64,000 nt of DNA from Sphagnum compactum (taxonomy: Eukaryota): the NCBI GenBank assembly GCA_965153455.1, contig OZ234493.1, forward strand, positions 33,408,213 to 33,472,212. Reading direction: 5' to 3'. Shown piece after piece: positions 12,701-24,301 of this stretch (the stretch's first letter is position 1; each line of letters starts with the position of its first letter). A program made the position numbers and the translations under genes. Below the pieces are notes generated by a model. That model saw only the letters and a list, made by a program, of their open reading frames with translations, was not told the origin of the DNA and made no database searches.

Positions 12701-15433
12701 AGTTCTTATCCATCTACATAGCAGAGACTCTCACACATGATCATTACAGAAACTGATCTCCAATATCTGCTTACTTAGGATCTGGATGCAATTGGAACCA
12801 GAACATGTGAGATTGTTTGAAAAGCACCTGGCGTGCACTGAATTGATGCAATTCCATACTGACTCAGTTACACTACTTTGCTTCCCTTGCTCCACTTCCA
12901 CAAGTTCTTGTGTTCCCCTTTCCCTCTTTCCAGTCCCTGGTCAAATGTACCAGATCTGCAGCCAATTAGCATGAATCCAACCTTTCTGATTTGTAAACCC
13001 CCAGAAGCAGCTGCAAAAATCCAAGTTGCACTCATCTGTATTTCAGCATGCTGCAACATCATATGAAAAATTCATGAGCACAGCCAGCAAAGATAGATGC
13101 TCACCATTTACACTAGCTGCATATGTCTCTGTGATTGCGCTGTTTTGCTGAATCAATGCCTATCACCAATCCCCAGCATAAATATCAATCATGAAGGATC
13201 TAACTGTGATTCACAATTGCAAACATGTGGCAAAACAAAGTATTCACATTCTGTGAACTTAATTCCTGAAAGGGCATCACATGCTTAATCTCCAAAGAGC
13301 CACAAGGAAATTGAAGTGCAGACAGATTTCTGAAGGCAAATTTACAGGTCAATGAGGTATTAGGCAAGAAGATTACCTTATTAAGGTCAAGAAGGCAATC
13401 AATTGCAGAAATAGCAGACTTTGTCAACATTTGGTATGCTTTCTCTATCTCCTGATCAGCTTCACACAGTACAACTTTGACTTGGGCCTGCAAGTTGAAA
13501 ACATATATCTGTGAGGTCAGAGCCAAACTCTACAATAACACTTGAGGTATAACCATTTACATCAGTTATACCCAAACCAAAACACACACAAGAGTGTTGT
13601 AGTCATAACCTTGTGATTGTTGCTCACAAAGTATCAGACCACCATGCAAATCATGAATATCAATGACTAGCTGCCAAATTCACAATGACTTCATCAGCTA
13701 CTGGTGGTGGGTGTAAATAAATATACAAGAATCTGCTCAAAATTTTGGGCAAACAATTACACAGAACTCCGTGTCCTGAATTTTCTGTCACATTTCTGGA
13801 AACAATGGGGAGTTCACTAGCAGTCAAGTTGACAATGTACAGCCTAAGATATCAGAACATGAAAAAATGCAGAACTGTCCTCATCAGCCCAAGTATCTGC
13901 TACAAAGGAACAACATGGAGTCTCACCGCCAAATGCTCCTCTGGACAACATTTTGCATTGGCAAATGATACATCTCAATATCCATGAAAGCATGTACGAT
14001 GATAGGTAGACCTACCCCTGGCATTTGATTGGCACCTTGGACCATTTTCTGCAGTGCAATACGAACCTCCAAAGCTCTGTCCCACAACATCTGCAGGCAC
14101 CAACCAATTTCAGCTAGGGTAACCTGGAGTCTATAATCAACAGTTACAAAATTGATGCAAGTCAAGAAGACAATAGCAGGCAGGCAAGAGATCACAGAGA
14201 GAAAAAAGGTATGAAGTCTGACTTTCTGATGGCTGACAGCTTCACCCTTCTCATGATCTTCAACACCTTGCCCTTTTAAATTCTTCACCATTTCCCTGTT
14301 TTCCCCATGACCCATATTTTTATAAGCCCATTCCCATACATGATCCATTTTGTACATATATGTTTACAATGAGATGATAAAGGAGACACAACATCCAGAA
14401 GAGAATCATGTTGAAAAAAATCATATCATCCTGCCTTTCGGTTTCTATATGAAATAGGTCAAGGACACAGCAATTTCATTAGGGCAAACTTCAAATTTCT
14501 GAAGTGTAATGCTGCACTAGTACCCCTGCACATCTGGACATTGCAGATAGTTTTTTTCTGCACAAGGAAAAGGACCTGAAGCATGAACTGCAGATCTAGC
14601 AATGACAAAAACCATTGGAGGACAGAGCACATTACTCTTCTTGTTGACGAATCTCTTCATACTCACGATTCAATGCTTCCAATTCATCATTTTCTGCATT
14701 ATTTGCTTGCCACTCCTCCATCTTCCATGGAAACACACCCAAATAAAACACATAAAAAGATGTTGTTAGATACATCCAGATGAACCATATCTGCCACCCT
14801 CAAGAACCCAAATATCATAAACTTATATAAATATACAATTTCTACAAGTTTGTGTGTGTTCTACCAGTGCATTATCATCGTCATCATCAAATTTTATCTG
14901 CAGATTTTCCCCATCTGTCTCCTTCTCATCTTCATCATCAAGACTTGCATCTTCATCTGAATCACCACTTTCAAAAGCTGTCTTGCGACTGCTCTTCTTG
15001 CCAATGTATTTGGGGCCATCCATAGAGATATCTGGGCGCAGTCGCAGGCGACCATCTTCTTGCCTGAAAATTTCAGCACATATGGAGTATATCAGCGTGG
15101 AATAGAAAATTTTGGCCGTGAACTTGAGCGTGAAAGATTTCCTAGATTCAGCTAAGAAACCTAATTTCCTGTAATTAGCACATCTCGTAAGAGGAAAACT
15201 GTACAACCTTAAAGAGAAAAATAATTCCAACACAATTTCCCATGGATTTACTTACACGAACGAATTCCCAGTCGCAATAGGAGAGAATCTTACATGGAAA
15301 AGTCAAGGGGTGAGTCCGACAGCTCTTCATCATCGCTGCTCTCGAAGAAATGTTGCGTCTCATCTCCGAAACCTGCTATCTCTGGATCCTCTTTCTTGCT
15401 GTCCGCAGGTCGCCGTTTCCCCGTGGCAGGCAT
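9725..15433 (-). CDS. AATF: AATF/Bfr2/Traube family nucleolar protein (SSU processome), multi-exon
   Basis: Starts MPATGKRRPADSKKED at 15433. Exon peptides include KYIGKKSSRK, LWDRALEVRIALQK, PYRNNSVDRWQRKTQ, SISQQVASVMRDPHKLIERM, ETFDDSDFYQQLLREFLES, KRKTVDRRASKGRKIR and YNVHDPLVNFMAPE..LFANLFG (TRAUB domain). TGA at 9725-9727. Small central exons at about 12600-13050 are not resolved. Confidence 0.93.
12388..12560 (+). repeat. Dispersed short repeat family, copy 1 (AATF intron)
   Basis: GCAGAGAAAACTCCACAACA..CTCACAAAGTGTCAGAC..GTGACTAGCTGCCA..TGACTTCATCA. Homologous to 13520-13820 and 46313-46550, and in reverse to 33420-33480. Confidence 0.7.
13520..13820 (+). repeat. Dispersed short repeat family, copy 2 (AATF intron)
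   Basis: Shares CTCACAAAGT.TCAGAC and TGACTAGCTGCCA with copy 1, and AATCTGC.CAAAATTTTGGGCAAA..TTCTGTCACA with copy 3. Confidence 0.7.
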
Positions 15434-15536
15434 CGCGAGTCCTCTGATTTATACGAACCACACGCATATGCTGAACAGGAAGAAAAGCGAAGTGGACAGA
15501 TACAGAAAAAATGCACGCCGTCTTTCCCCAAATATA

Positions 15537-15582
15537 TCAGACGCAGAGAAACTATCAGACGCAGAGAAACTACCAGACGCAG
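15537..15582. repeat. 18-bp tandem repeat, about 2.5 copies, in the AATF 5' leader
   Basis: CAGACGCAGAGAAACTA(T/C) repeated head to tail. Confidence 0.8.
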
Positions 15583-15650
15583 ATTGCGAAGAGCCAGGGA
15601 AACGAGATACACAAAAACAAACTGACGCAGTGAGAAGCTCAGAGAGCTGT

Positions 15651-15780
15651 AGACCCTAAACCCTAGAACCCTTGCACAAGCCCAGTAAACCCTAAACCCT
15701 AGAACCCTTGCGCAAGCCCAGTAAACCCTAAACCCTAGAACCCTTGCGCAAGCCCAGTAAACCCTAAACCCTGGAACCCT
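15651..15780. promoter_or_regulatory. 36-bp tandem array (about 3.6 copies) of telo-box and site II motifs upstream of AATF
   Basis: Unit AAACCCTAAACCCTAGAACCCTTGCGCAAGCCCAGT starts at 15651, 15687, 15723 and 15759. A complete unit carries two overlapping AAACCCTA telo-boxes and AGCCCA (TGGGCT on the minus strand, site II). Confidence 0.75.
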
Positions 15781-17261
15781 CGCCAGAGGAGAGACTCAGG
15801 AGATGGGGTTGGCGCTGCACTTACCCGGCGGGTAATGGGGGTTTTAAAAAAAACAAATTATTTTAAAAATTCACAATAAAAAATTTAAAAGGGGGGATAT
15901 ATACCCTTCCCTGGAACATGTATTATTGACCAATTGGAACCCCAAATTTGATCTCGGAAACTCCTTCCCATATACTCCTCATATGAGATTGGAGTTTAAT
16001 GGAATATTTTTCCAACATGTTTATCCTTAAATTAAGGGTTTGATGGAGGGATTTTTTTCTTTTTTTTTAAAAAAAAAATTCATTAAATTTTTAATTTTTA
16101 AAACTTTTTTTTTTAAATCCTTTCATTGATGGTGGATGTTAGTTGTTAGGGTTTTGAGATGAGAAATCAAGTTGGATTATATTTCATATCATTGTGGGAC
16201 TTGGCGTCAAAATTCAAGCGATGTAATAACTAATATGGTCTTTTTAATCGAAATTGTCTTTCATTCAATCACATTGTGGTTAAGGTTTTTTTTTTTCATT
16301 TTGCCAAGGTCATTGTGTTGGTTGTAAGGATGTCATTTTATTTTCATTGTTTTATTTGGTATAGTGTGTTTAATTGACTATGCAATGAGTATTTACTTCT
16401 ACAAGTGGTTTTGTTAAATGGTATGTGTTCATAACCATGTGATGAAGACTAACCCGATGTTTTAGGTTAATGTGAATTGATTTTCTTCATGTTGAAGGTA
16501 ATGTGATTACTAAATGTAATGCACGGGAAAATGTCTCATGATAAAATGTTTTATTGTGATAATTTTTGAAGCTATTGAATCCAATTCAATATGCAAAATG
16601 TTGCAATAAGAAATGTAGTTTTGTAAATGTGTTTTTTTCTTGCACACATAACCTATAGTCTAAAAAATACAATAATGGGTGTCCAACCCTTGCTTATGTC
16701 TTTGGAATGGTTGTTTATTATGATCAACATTAATTTGAAAGGAATTGTTGACAAAATATCATCATTTGTTTAACTTTGATGTTATTTCTACACATCAACT
16801 TCTTTCTTGTTTTATTGTCTTTTTTATTGCTTCTGTCAAAAAATGTGAATTATCATGTGAAAGTTTTAAAATTAGGAAAAATGCAAGGCAAAGTGCAAGG
16901 AGATGTTTCAAGAAATTAGTCTTTGATCCAAAAAACAATTCCATGAGATTATTTTTTGGATTAACATTAATCCCATTCATAGACATTTTAGGTCAAACAT
17001 GTGTACACCTAGTAATTAATGTTAATCTCCATTTTTTCATTAGCATTCATTTCATTGAAATTATCACAAGTTTGATATCCATTAATGAACAAAATCAACA
17101 TCCTTAGAGAAGATAATAGTTATGTATATTTGTAAAGTTAGGGTTTAGGGTTTTTATTTGTAAAGCTCAAAATTAGCACATTCCATTTTCTTAAATACAC
17201 AATCAACTCTCACAACATTAATCAACAGGCAATCCAAAGCTCATTGATAATAATAATAATG

Positions 17262-19551
17262 GGTCTTGTTGAAGATTTTGATCTTGGATGCATTGTCCTA
17301 TGTAATGTATTCACCATCAATTAACCAAGCAAATTCAAAATTAAAGCCAACATGAACAATTTTGCCATGCAAATGAAATATAAAGAATGTACTTTCTTTC
17401 TCCACAAAGAACAACAAATCTAACATTTGGATTATGTTTCAAGCTTTACATGAACCAACCACAATGCATCTTAAATATAGTTCACGTTTTCCAATAATGA
17501 TGTGCTTTGAAAACGTTAAAAAATGGTTGTAAGCATTTCATCCTACTTAAAAGGTCTTATTAAAGATCTTCATTTTAAGTGTATTTTCTCACACAATGAC
17601 TCACCATTAGTTGACCAAACATTCAAAGGTAAAGTAAAGCCATTGAACAATTTCTTTGTGCAAATGTAATGTAGATGATGTATTTTCCATCTTCACAAAC
17701 AACAACAAATATATGCCATTTGGACTACGTTTCAAGCTTTGCATGTCTTAAACCACGTTACAAACATCTTCCAATCCTTGTTCATCTTTCGACGTGCCAC
17801 TTTCCAACTATGTTGCATTCATCTTTCTCCATAGATCATATACAAAACAATCTACTTATGATATATATAAATATGATCATCATGGATAAATCATAAGTGG
17901 TGGATCTTCATTTTGCACTTTAAGATGTATAATGAATTGTTAATTGAAATGATAACCAAACCTTTATTATTTGACTAATAAATGCTTTGCAACACACACA
18001 CATATGCATTGCAAAAGTTTAATAAGCAATTACAAACAAGCTCCATCAAAGCAAACAAACATGGGATTGAATATAAATCACACTAATTGAATATATGAAT
18101 TCATAGAGCATTCAAACATTAATATGGTATACACAAAGGTTATAGATTGTAAGGAAGTCATGATGACATGCAATATAAAGCACTTTTAATTCTTACCTTA
18201 GCAACATCATCAATTTTTTGAATAACACAACATTTTACCCAATTGCAAAAAAATGAATTCATTGGATTGACCAACAAGTAGAACTCCCTATAAATCAATT
18301 GAAATATTTGGTCAGATGTTTTTCCTTTCATGCATAGAAGACTTCATATCCAATGAACAAAATTAACATCTATAGATGCAGTACAAATTAACACCCTTCC
18401 ATTATTAAAATTCAAATGCAGAACCAACTTTTAAAACATTGATCATGAGGTAATCCAAAACACATCAATCATAATATAATTGGTTTTGGGCATCCAATCC
18501 TACTTGAAATGTCTTGATCAAAATCTTGATTTTGGATGTGTTTTCTTGCACAACATATTCATCATCTATTAATCAAGGAAATTCAAAAGTAAACTCAAAT
18601 GAACCATTTTTTTATGCAAGTGTAGTGTAGATAATGTGCATTCCATTTTCACAAATAAAAACAAATTTGTCATTTGCTCTTACTTCAAGTTTTGTAAATC
18701 TTACATCACATTGCATTTTAAATTTTGTTCAATGTTTTCCAACAATGGAGTCCCATTTTTAAAATGCCAACAATATAGCCAAGGGAAAATCAATTGAAGA
18801 TAATGATCACAAACTTCCCAACTTTTTTAACCCATTGCAAATTTGTTTGCCATCTATCACCTACAATTCCTAATTTTAATTATTGGACAAGCAAGTAATC
18901 AAATAAGGTCAAATTACATTAATGATGAAGTCTTTACTTATGCTTATGTTCATTCAAGACAAACCAAGTATCATGGTCATTGCATAATACCACAAAATCT
19001 ACAACCATTATTTTAACATTCACAGTTTTTGAATTCCATTGTGTCAAAACACATACAATTTGTACAATTCAATAATTATTATCATATAACCAAATACAAA
19101 CACATGTTTTTAGTTTTTCTTTAAAACATTTTGATTCCATTATAATATCACATAGATTAAGTGACTACAAACTATAAAACATGTAAATAAAAAAAATGCT
19201 TAAACTTTAAGGGAAAAATTAATAAATAATTTTTTCATTGCGTTCCATACTTGTAACAGGTCTTTAACTTTCAATCTTGATCATGATGTTTCCTTCATCA
19301 TTCCAATTACAATTGTACCCCAAGAAAATTGTACTTAATATTTTTAGAACTATGGATTGATTTAGTGTAAAAGAAACAAAGATAGAACTCAAGAAGTCAT
19401 TTGAGATAGCATTCATTTAAAAACATGCACAAATTAAAAACACAAGTAAGTTGAAGTGAAAAATGAAGTGAACTTGCATGTTTGAGCCCTTGATGTAGCC
19501 AATGGTCTAGACTTGTTCAAGTCCATAGTTTAATGTATTCTCCAACTTGTA
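17262..19551 (-). pseudogene. Decayed unprocessed coatomer beta' subunit (Sec27/COPB2) gene fragment with a triplicated exon
   Basis: Minus-strand pieces in native order: YKLENTLNYGLEQV*TIGYIKGS (19551-19480), IVIG/DEGNIMIKIES*RPVTSMERNEKII (19313-19225), HNGIQ/TVNVK (19043-18991), VIDGKQ..KLGS/CDHYLQ (18860-18794), FVFICENGMHIIYTTLA*KN..EYVVQENTSKIKILIKTFQ (18692-18504), ERKNI*P..SNEFI..NWVKC (18329-18197), SIY*SNNKGLVIIS..YILK (17986-17912) and LESGTSKDEQGLED (about 17815-17765). Two more SLKHNPN..FVVVC..KIKIFNKT copies follow at 17738-17547 and 17445-17262. Confidence 0.85.
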
Positions 19552-21791
19552 CAATAATGCCCACTAGTTTACTACATTTATAGACAATTTTGATTGTCTC
19601 ACTTGAAAACTCGCCTCCATAATTAAATGGATGAAGAAATTTGAAAAGTAAATATGGGGGACAATAAACAAGAACATGAGAAATTACAACTAAGCCCTAT
19701 CATATGAAATTATTTTTGTCAAAGATTTCCTTGAAGCCTTGGACCCACATGGCCATCACATGCTTTGTCTAAAAGTGTTAATACATATCTAGTTGTGGTA
19801 TTTGCTATTGCACATTGTTCTGATGCGCTATGTTACGCACCCTTTGAAATTCAAAATGTGTGACTATGAAAACATTACATTTTGCACCTTTTGTCCATTC
19901 CATGTCCATTACTAATTATAATCCAACACTTAAGCCTTATTCTTCCAATAAAAAATAGATTTTAAACATCAAAATTTTGCTTGCAATAACAAATGATCCA
20001 TTGTGTGAAAACATCTAAATTTGTATGGTGGATGCAATGATTTTGACATAAGCCTTAAGTTTATAAATTTGACACCTCTTTCACCATGGTTGATTGTTAC
20101 CTAAAATGTCATCTACACTTTCTCAACATGTCAAAAGACATGAAGTAATCAACTACAATACAGGGGGCTAACTTATTTTGAACAATCCATCATTCATTAT
20201 ATGTAAAGAATTGGATAAAACACACATTAAGAAACACATTGTGTCAAATAGGTAGGTAAATTGATTTGGCTAATTTTTTTTGAGGTGGGTTTATTGATCC
20301 AATTATCTACTAAATTAGGATATATATATATAGACACACACACACACACAAAATTGATGAAATTAGAATATTATTATTATTATAATAGATCTTCCAACAA
20401 GTCAATGCCCCACTCCCCCTAAACCCCCCAATATGGCATTGGGATATTATTATGATACGTACTACAACAAATCAAGTACTACCACCCCCCTCCCCAAAAC
20501 AAACAAAAGAGGGTAGAGGGTGTGTAGGGTTGTATATCCAGACCTATTTTGGCAGCAATTTAGCTTACAACAGTCACGTGCCCACTGTGTGCCGTTCACG
20601 TCTTCAATACGTACTCTGCACAAAACGAGTGGAACAAAATTGGAGTATTCATTTGTCCACTGCGTGACTTGGACTAAGTTATCCAATCAATCTGACAGAC
20701 CCCACCACCCGGGGGGCCACCACCCGGCCCCGCCCCTCCACGAGGAGGGGCCCCACCACCCCCCCGGTACCGGATGAAAAAATCAGGGAAATAAAATCAT
20801 CCCATTTTCATGTCCAAAAGTCCTAACAGCAGCAGCCGTCCTATAGAAAAGGGCGAGAGATGGATGGATGGATAGATGAGAAAATGTTTCTACGTAGTTA
20901 TTATATTCATCCTTTCGACCAAGAATCACTAGGAGGAATGTGGGGTTTTTTTTTTGGGTTTGGGGAAAAGAAGGGGGCGGGGTGGGTGGCTTTCTCGATA
21001 TGGACGGCTGTAAATGAATGATAAACAGTAAATAACAGATACCTACGATGAGATTCGTTCGTCTTCAATTCGACAGTACTTTCTGGCGCGAGCCAAAAGG
21101 ATGAAAATTTTAAAAAATCGTTATACATTCATCTATTTCATGGACCCGGAAGGAAGGAAGGAACGTAGTGTAGAGAGAGAGAGAGAGAGAGAGAGAGCCC
21201 GGGGGGGGGGGAGGGGGGATGGAGGCGGCGATGGTGGGACGCGACGCCGTCGCACGCGAGAGTTTGGAGGCGACGGCGGCATGGATCTATTTTTTGCAAT
21301 GCGACTTGTGTGTCGAGTTTTTCTGAGAACCGGTTTCTTGTAGCCGCGGATTTTCTATTTCTCTGAGAATTTTTATGATTTTTTTCTTGTTTCGTTTTGG
21401 TTTTGTTTTGCTTTGATTCAGGGAAAGACTTGTGTAGTGGAGAGGGGCTATATGGCGGTACAACAAAGTGATGCGAAATTTGTTGAGCCGGAGAGTGGAT
21501 TTTTGGAGTTTGCGGAATTCGGAACTGGTGGTTCCTTTGGATTCTTTGTCGTCGTCGTCGTCGTCGTTCTCTGACGATGTGGACAAGGTGGAACATGAGG
21601 AAGCAGATGCAAGGAAGGAAGACTAGGAGTCAGGCGTCACATTTTGTTAAAGTTTCAGCCAGGAATTCCGAAACCGTTGGAGGAGGAGGAGGAGTAGGAG
21701 GAGGAGGAGAAGAGGAAGAAGAGGAAGAGGAGGAGCTTGGCTTCGGGAGAAGTCGGGGTCAAGAGCTTTAGCATGTTGTTAGGACAGTATC

Positions 21792-24301
21792 ATGGCTGGT
21801 AGCCAAGGGGAGGTGACGACAGGCAAGGAGATAGAAGAGGAGACTACGACGACGACGACGATGATGATGACGACGGCGCAAGGCTTGTTGTCCGGCGCTG
21901 CTGTTCCTTCTCCTCCAGTGAGCCTGAGGTTGTGGCTGGCGGAAACAATCGGCTTGCAAACGGGACCAGTTCCCGTATTCTCCTCGCACAGTCAGCCTGA
22001 ATCCGGCTCAGAAGAGGAGCTGCTGCTGCTGCCTGTCGGCGATGATGCTTGCAGTCCTACGTTCCGGCATCGTGATGGACGCAAACGGAAGGAGTAAGTC
22101 AAGCTTCTTCTTGTATCTCTCTTTTCTGTGCCACTTTCGTGTTGTAACGGATCGACAGCAGCTCGTAAGCTGACAACTCCTTACAGGAGCTTTCTATAAG
22201 CTTCTTTCTTGTGTCTTTCCGTCTTTGAACCTCCTTGTCCTCTGGTAGACTTCCTCGTACCTCCATTGAAGTTTTTTCTCTTTTTGACGTTGTGTTCTTC
22301 CACAAGCCGTTATCTCGTACCTCAAGATCCTTTGTTATATTCATTCTCATGATCTATTTTCTCCTTTAGGTTTCCTGTAGAAGCTTAGCATTGCATCCAA
22401 GCATACACCAGTGGTGTGCTTAATGGATACGTTCAGGGCACAGGAGGCCCCGACCACTGTCCTCTGTGTGTGTTGGTTCTCCGTTTTGCTTGAACTGACA
22501 CATCGGCTATCTTCTATCTGTCATTTTTGTATATGAGTTGGAAACAAAAGAGCCACTTCTAAAGTCCAATTTACCCATGTTCATAGGAGCTGGGGCCTGA
22601 TGGGCTTTCCTATTTAAGTCTACCATCCCCAGGTCTTGTTCTTGGATTATGTTTTTACAGATTGCCAAAGAGAATGTACACCAGCTAAGAGAGAGATTTG
22701 CCACATTCAAGTACTTAGTCCTTATGTTCTCGGATCTTGGTTGATCCCCTACTTACAAAAGTAAGGGTCATTGATTAACTAGGTTGTCAACTGGAGGTTC
22801 GGAGGAGGACTCTGGAGCTTTTGATCACAAGCGACATCGACAGGTGCACCTGCAATCAAGTGCATCTTCAAGCTATGGCTCTGTTGCAATGTCTGGAACA
22901 GATGTGCTCAGCAGTAATGCCATTGCAGAGAGGCCAGGCGGTTGTTTGCTCTCAGTTCCTTTGAAGCAGCCAGTATTTGCAGAGCAGGTAAGAGCTGCCA
23001 GGGTTCTTGCAGAAGTGGACACAAGCTCCTGGAATACTGATGGTGGGCATGTTGAGATCAGTGGAGGGAACACAAGTGCCTTCACATCTAGTGGTGGGCA
23101 TGTTGAGATCAGTGGAGGGAACACAAGTGCCTTCACATCTAGTGAGGAAGGGGACAGTCAGCGTCATCAATCCTTGGGGAGGTTTGTCAATGTAGACCAA
23201 AAGGAAGCTGCTTCAGTTGACCAAAATGAAAGAGCAACAATGCACATGTGGTCTGATAGCGGTGGTCTACTGAGTTTGCAGCTTGACACTTTCATAGCAA
23301 AAGAGAAGGAGAAACTTGAATCATCTGATACTGCAGGAAGTGGTGCTCAAAGCTTCAGTGAAATTGAGCAGTCACTTTCAGGTTCTCTTCATGGAGTAGA
23401 ATCTTTGGATTCACATGGAAGGCCTTTTGAAGACAGATTGACAGGAACTGGTGGAGACATTGGAAGCTGCTCTATGGAAGATGGATCTAGCTTTCTAGCG
23501 GGGAGCAGCACTCAAGCAAGCCAAGAGAGGTCAAGGTTAGAAATTCTTGAGTTGGATCCAGTGAACTCTATGCTGCTGTCACATATAAGCAAGCAACAGT
23601 GCTCCACTTTGGAGTTTTGCTGCACTGAAGAGAGTGTTATGTCTGGTATTGAGGACCCAAGTGAAGAAGAGAGGAAGAGAAAACTTGCAGTTTGCGAACT
23701 AGGTTCTGAGACAATAGGTCTACAAGGACATATCTATGATCTTCAAGGTGTTCCACTTTCAAGGACTGAAAACATGAGGATCCAAGATGAGGATGGTTTG
23801 ACAATGCCTGATCCACAACAGACCTTTGTTCTTTCTTCAGGCCGACCAAGCAGCACTGAAGGTACATTCAAACTTAGTATGCTTCTCTTGAATACCTTTT
23901 CTAATTGTTGTCTTTCTCTGTGTCCAGTCATCAGCAAAAGATTGTTGGAGTGTTAAAGAGTGAGCATGGTGCAGGCAAGAGTAGATAGAACTGCAAATGC
24001 TGTTGCAATACCCAATAAGGATGAAATGCTCTCTTAAAGACCAGTCATGTTGCTTCTGGCAAGAAGAAGATTTTGTCTACTGCTCTAGTCTATATATGGG
24101 AGACAATTATCTTCTCTGGCAAGTTTCTGGCCAGGCTTCATATGTAATCTTCACCTTTCTATCTATGTATTTATTTCCAGAGCAAGTTTGCTACATAGAT
24201 GAAACTCATGTTTCATGTAATGTGCAGACCTGCAGTTGGTCCAGCAGATGTCAACTATCGACTGTGATTTCGACGCATACTTTTCCAAGCTCATGCTGTA
24301 G
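21792..24301 (+). CDS. Uncharacterised acidic, Ser-rich protein (about 484 aa) with C-terminal FVLSSGR...TIDCDFDAYFSKLML motif
   Basis: Exons 21792-22093, 22783-23861 and 24228-24301 join in frame across GT-AG junctions (1455 nt). The C-terminus resembles the VLSSGR..TIDQEFEQYFSMLML terminus I recall from uncharacterised plant proteins. The start codon choice is uncertain. Confidence 0.75.
23041..23142 (+). repeat. Perfect 51-bp in-frame tandem duplication (GGHVEISGGNTSAFTSS twice)
   Basis: TGGTGGGCATGTTGAGATCAGTGGAGGGAACACAAGTGCCTTCACATCTAG occurs twice head to tail. Confidence 0.95.

Noticed and set aside
15651..15780. Telomere or interstitial telomeric tract
   Set aside because: There are only paired CCCTAAA-type motifs inside a 36-bp unit next to a gene start, which fits telo-boxes.
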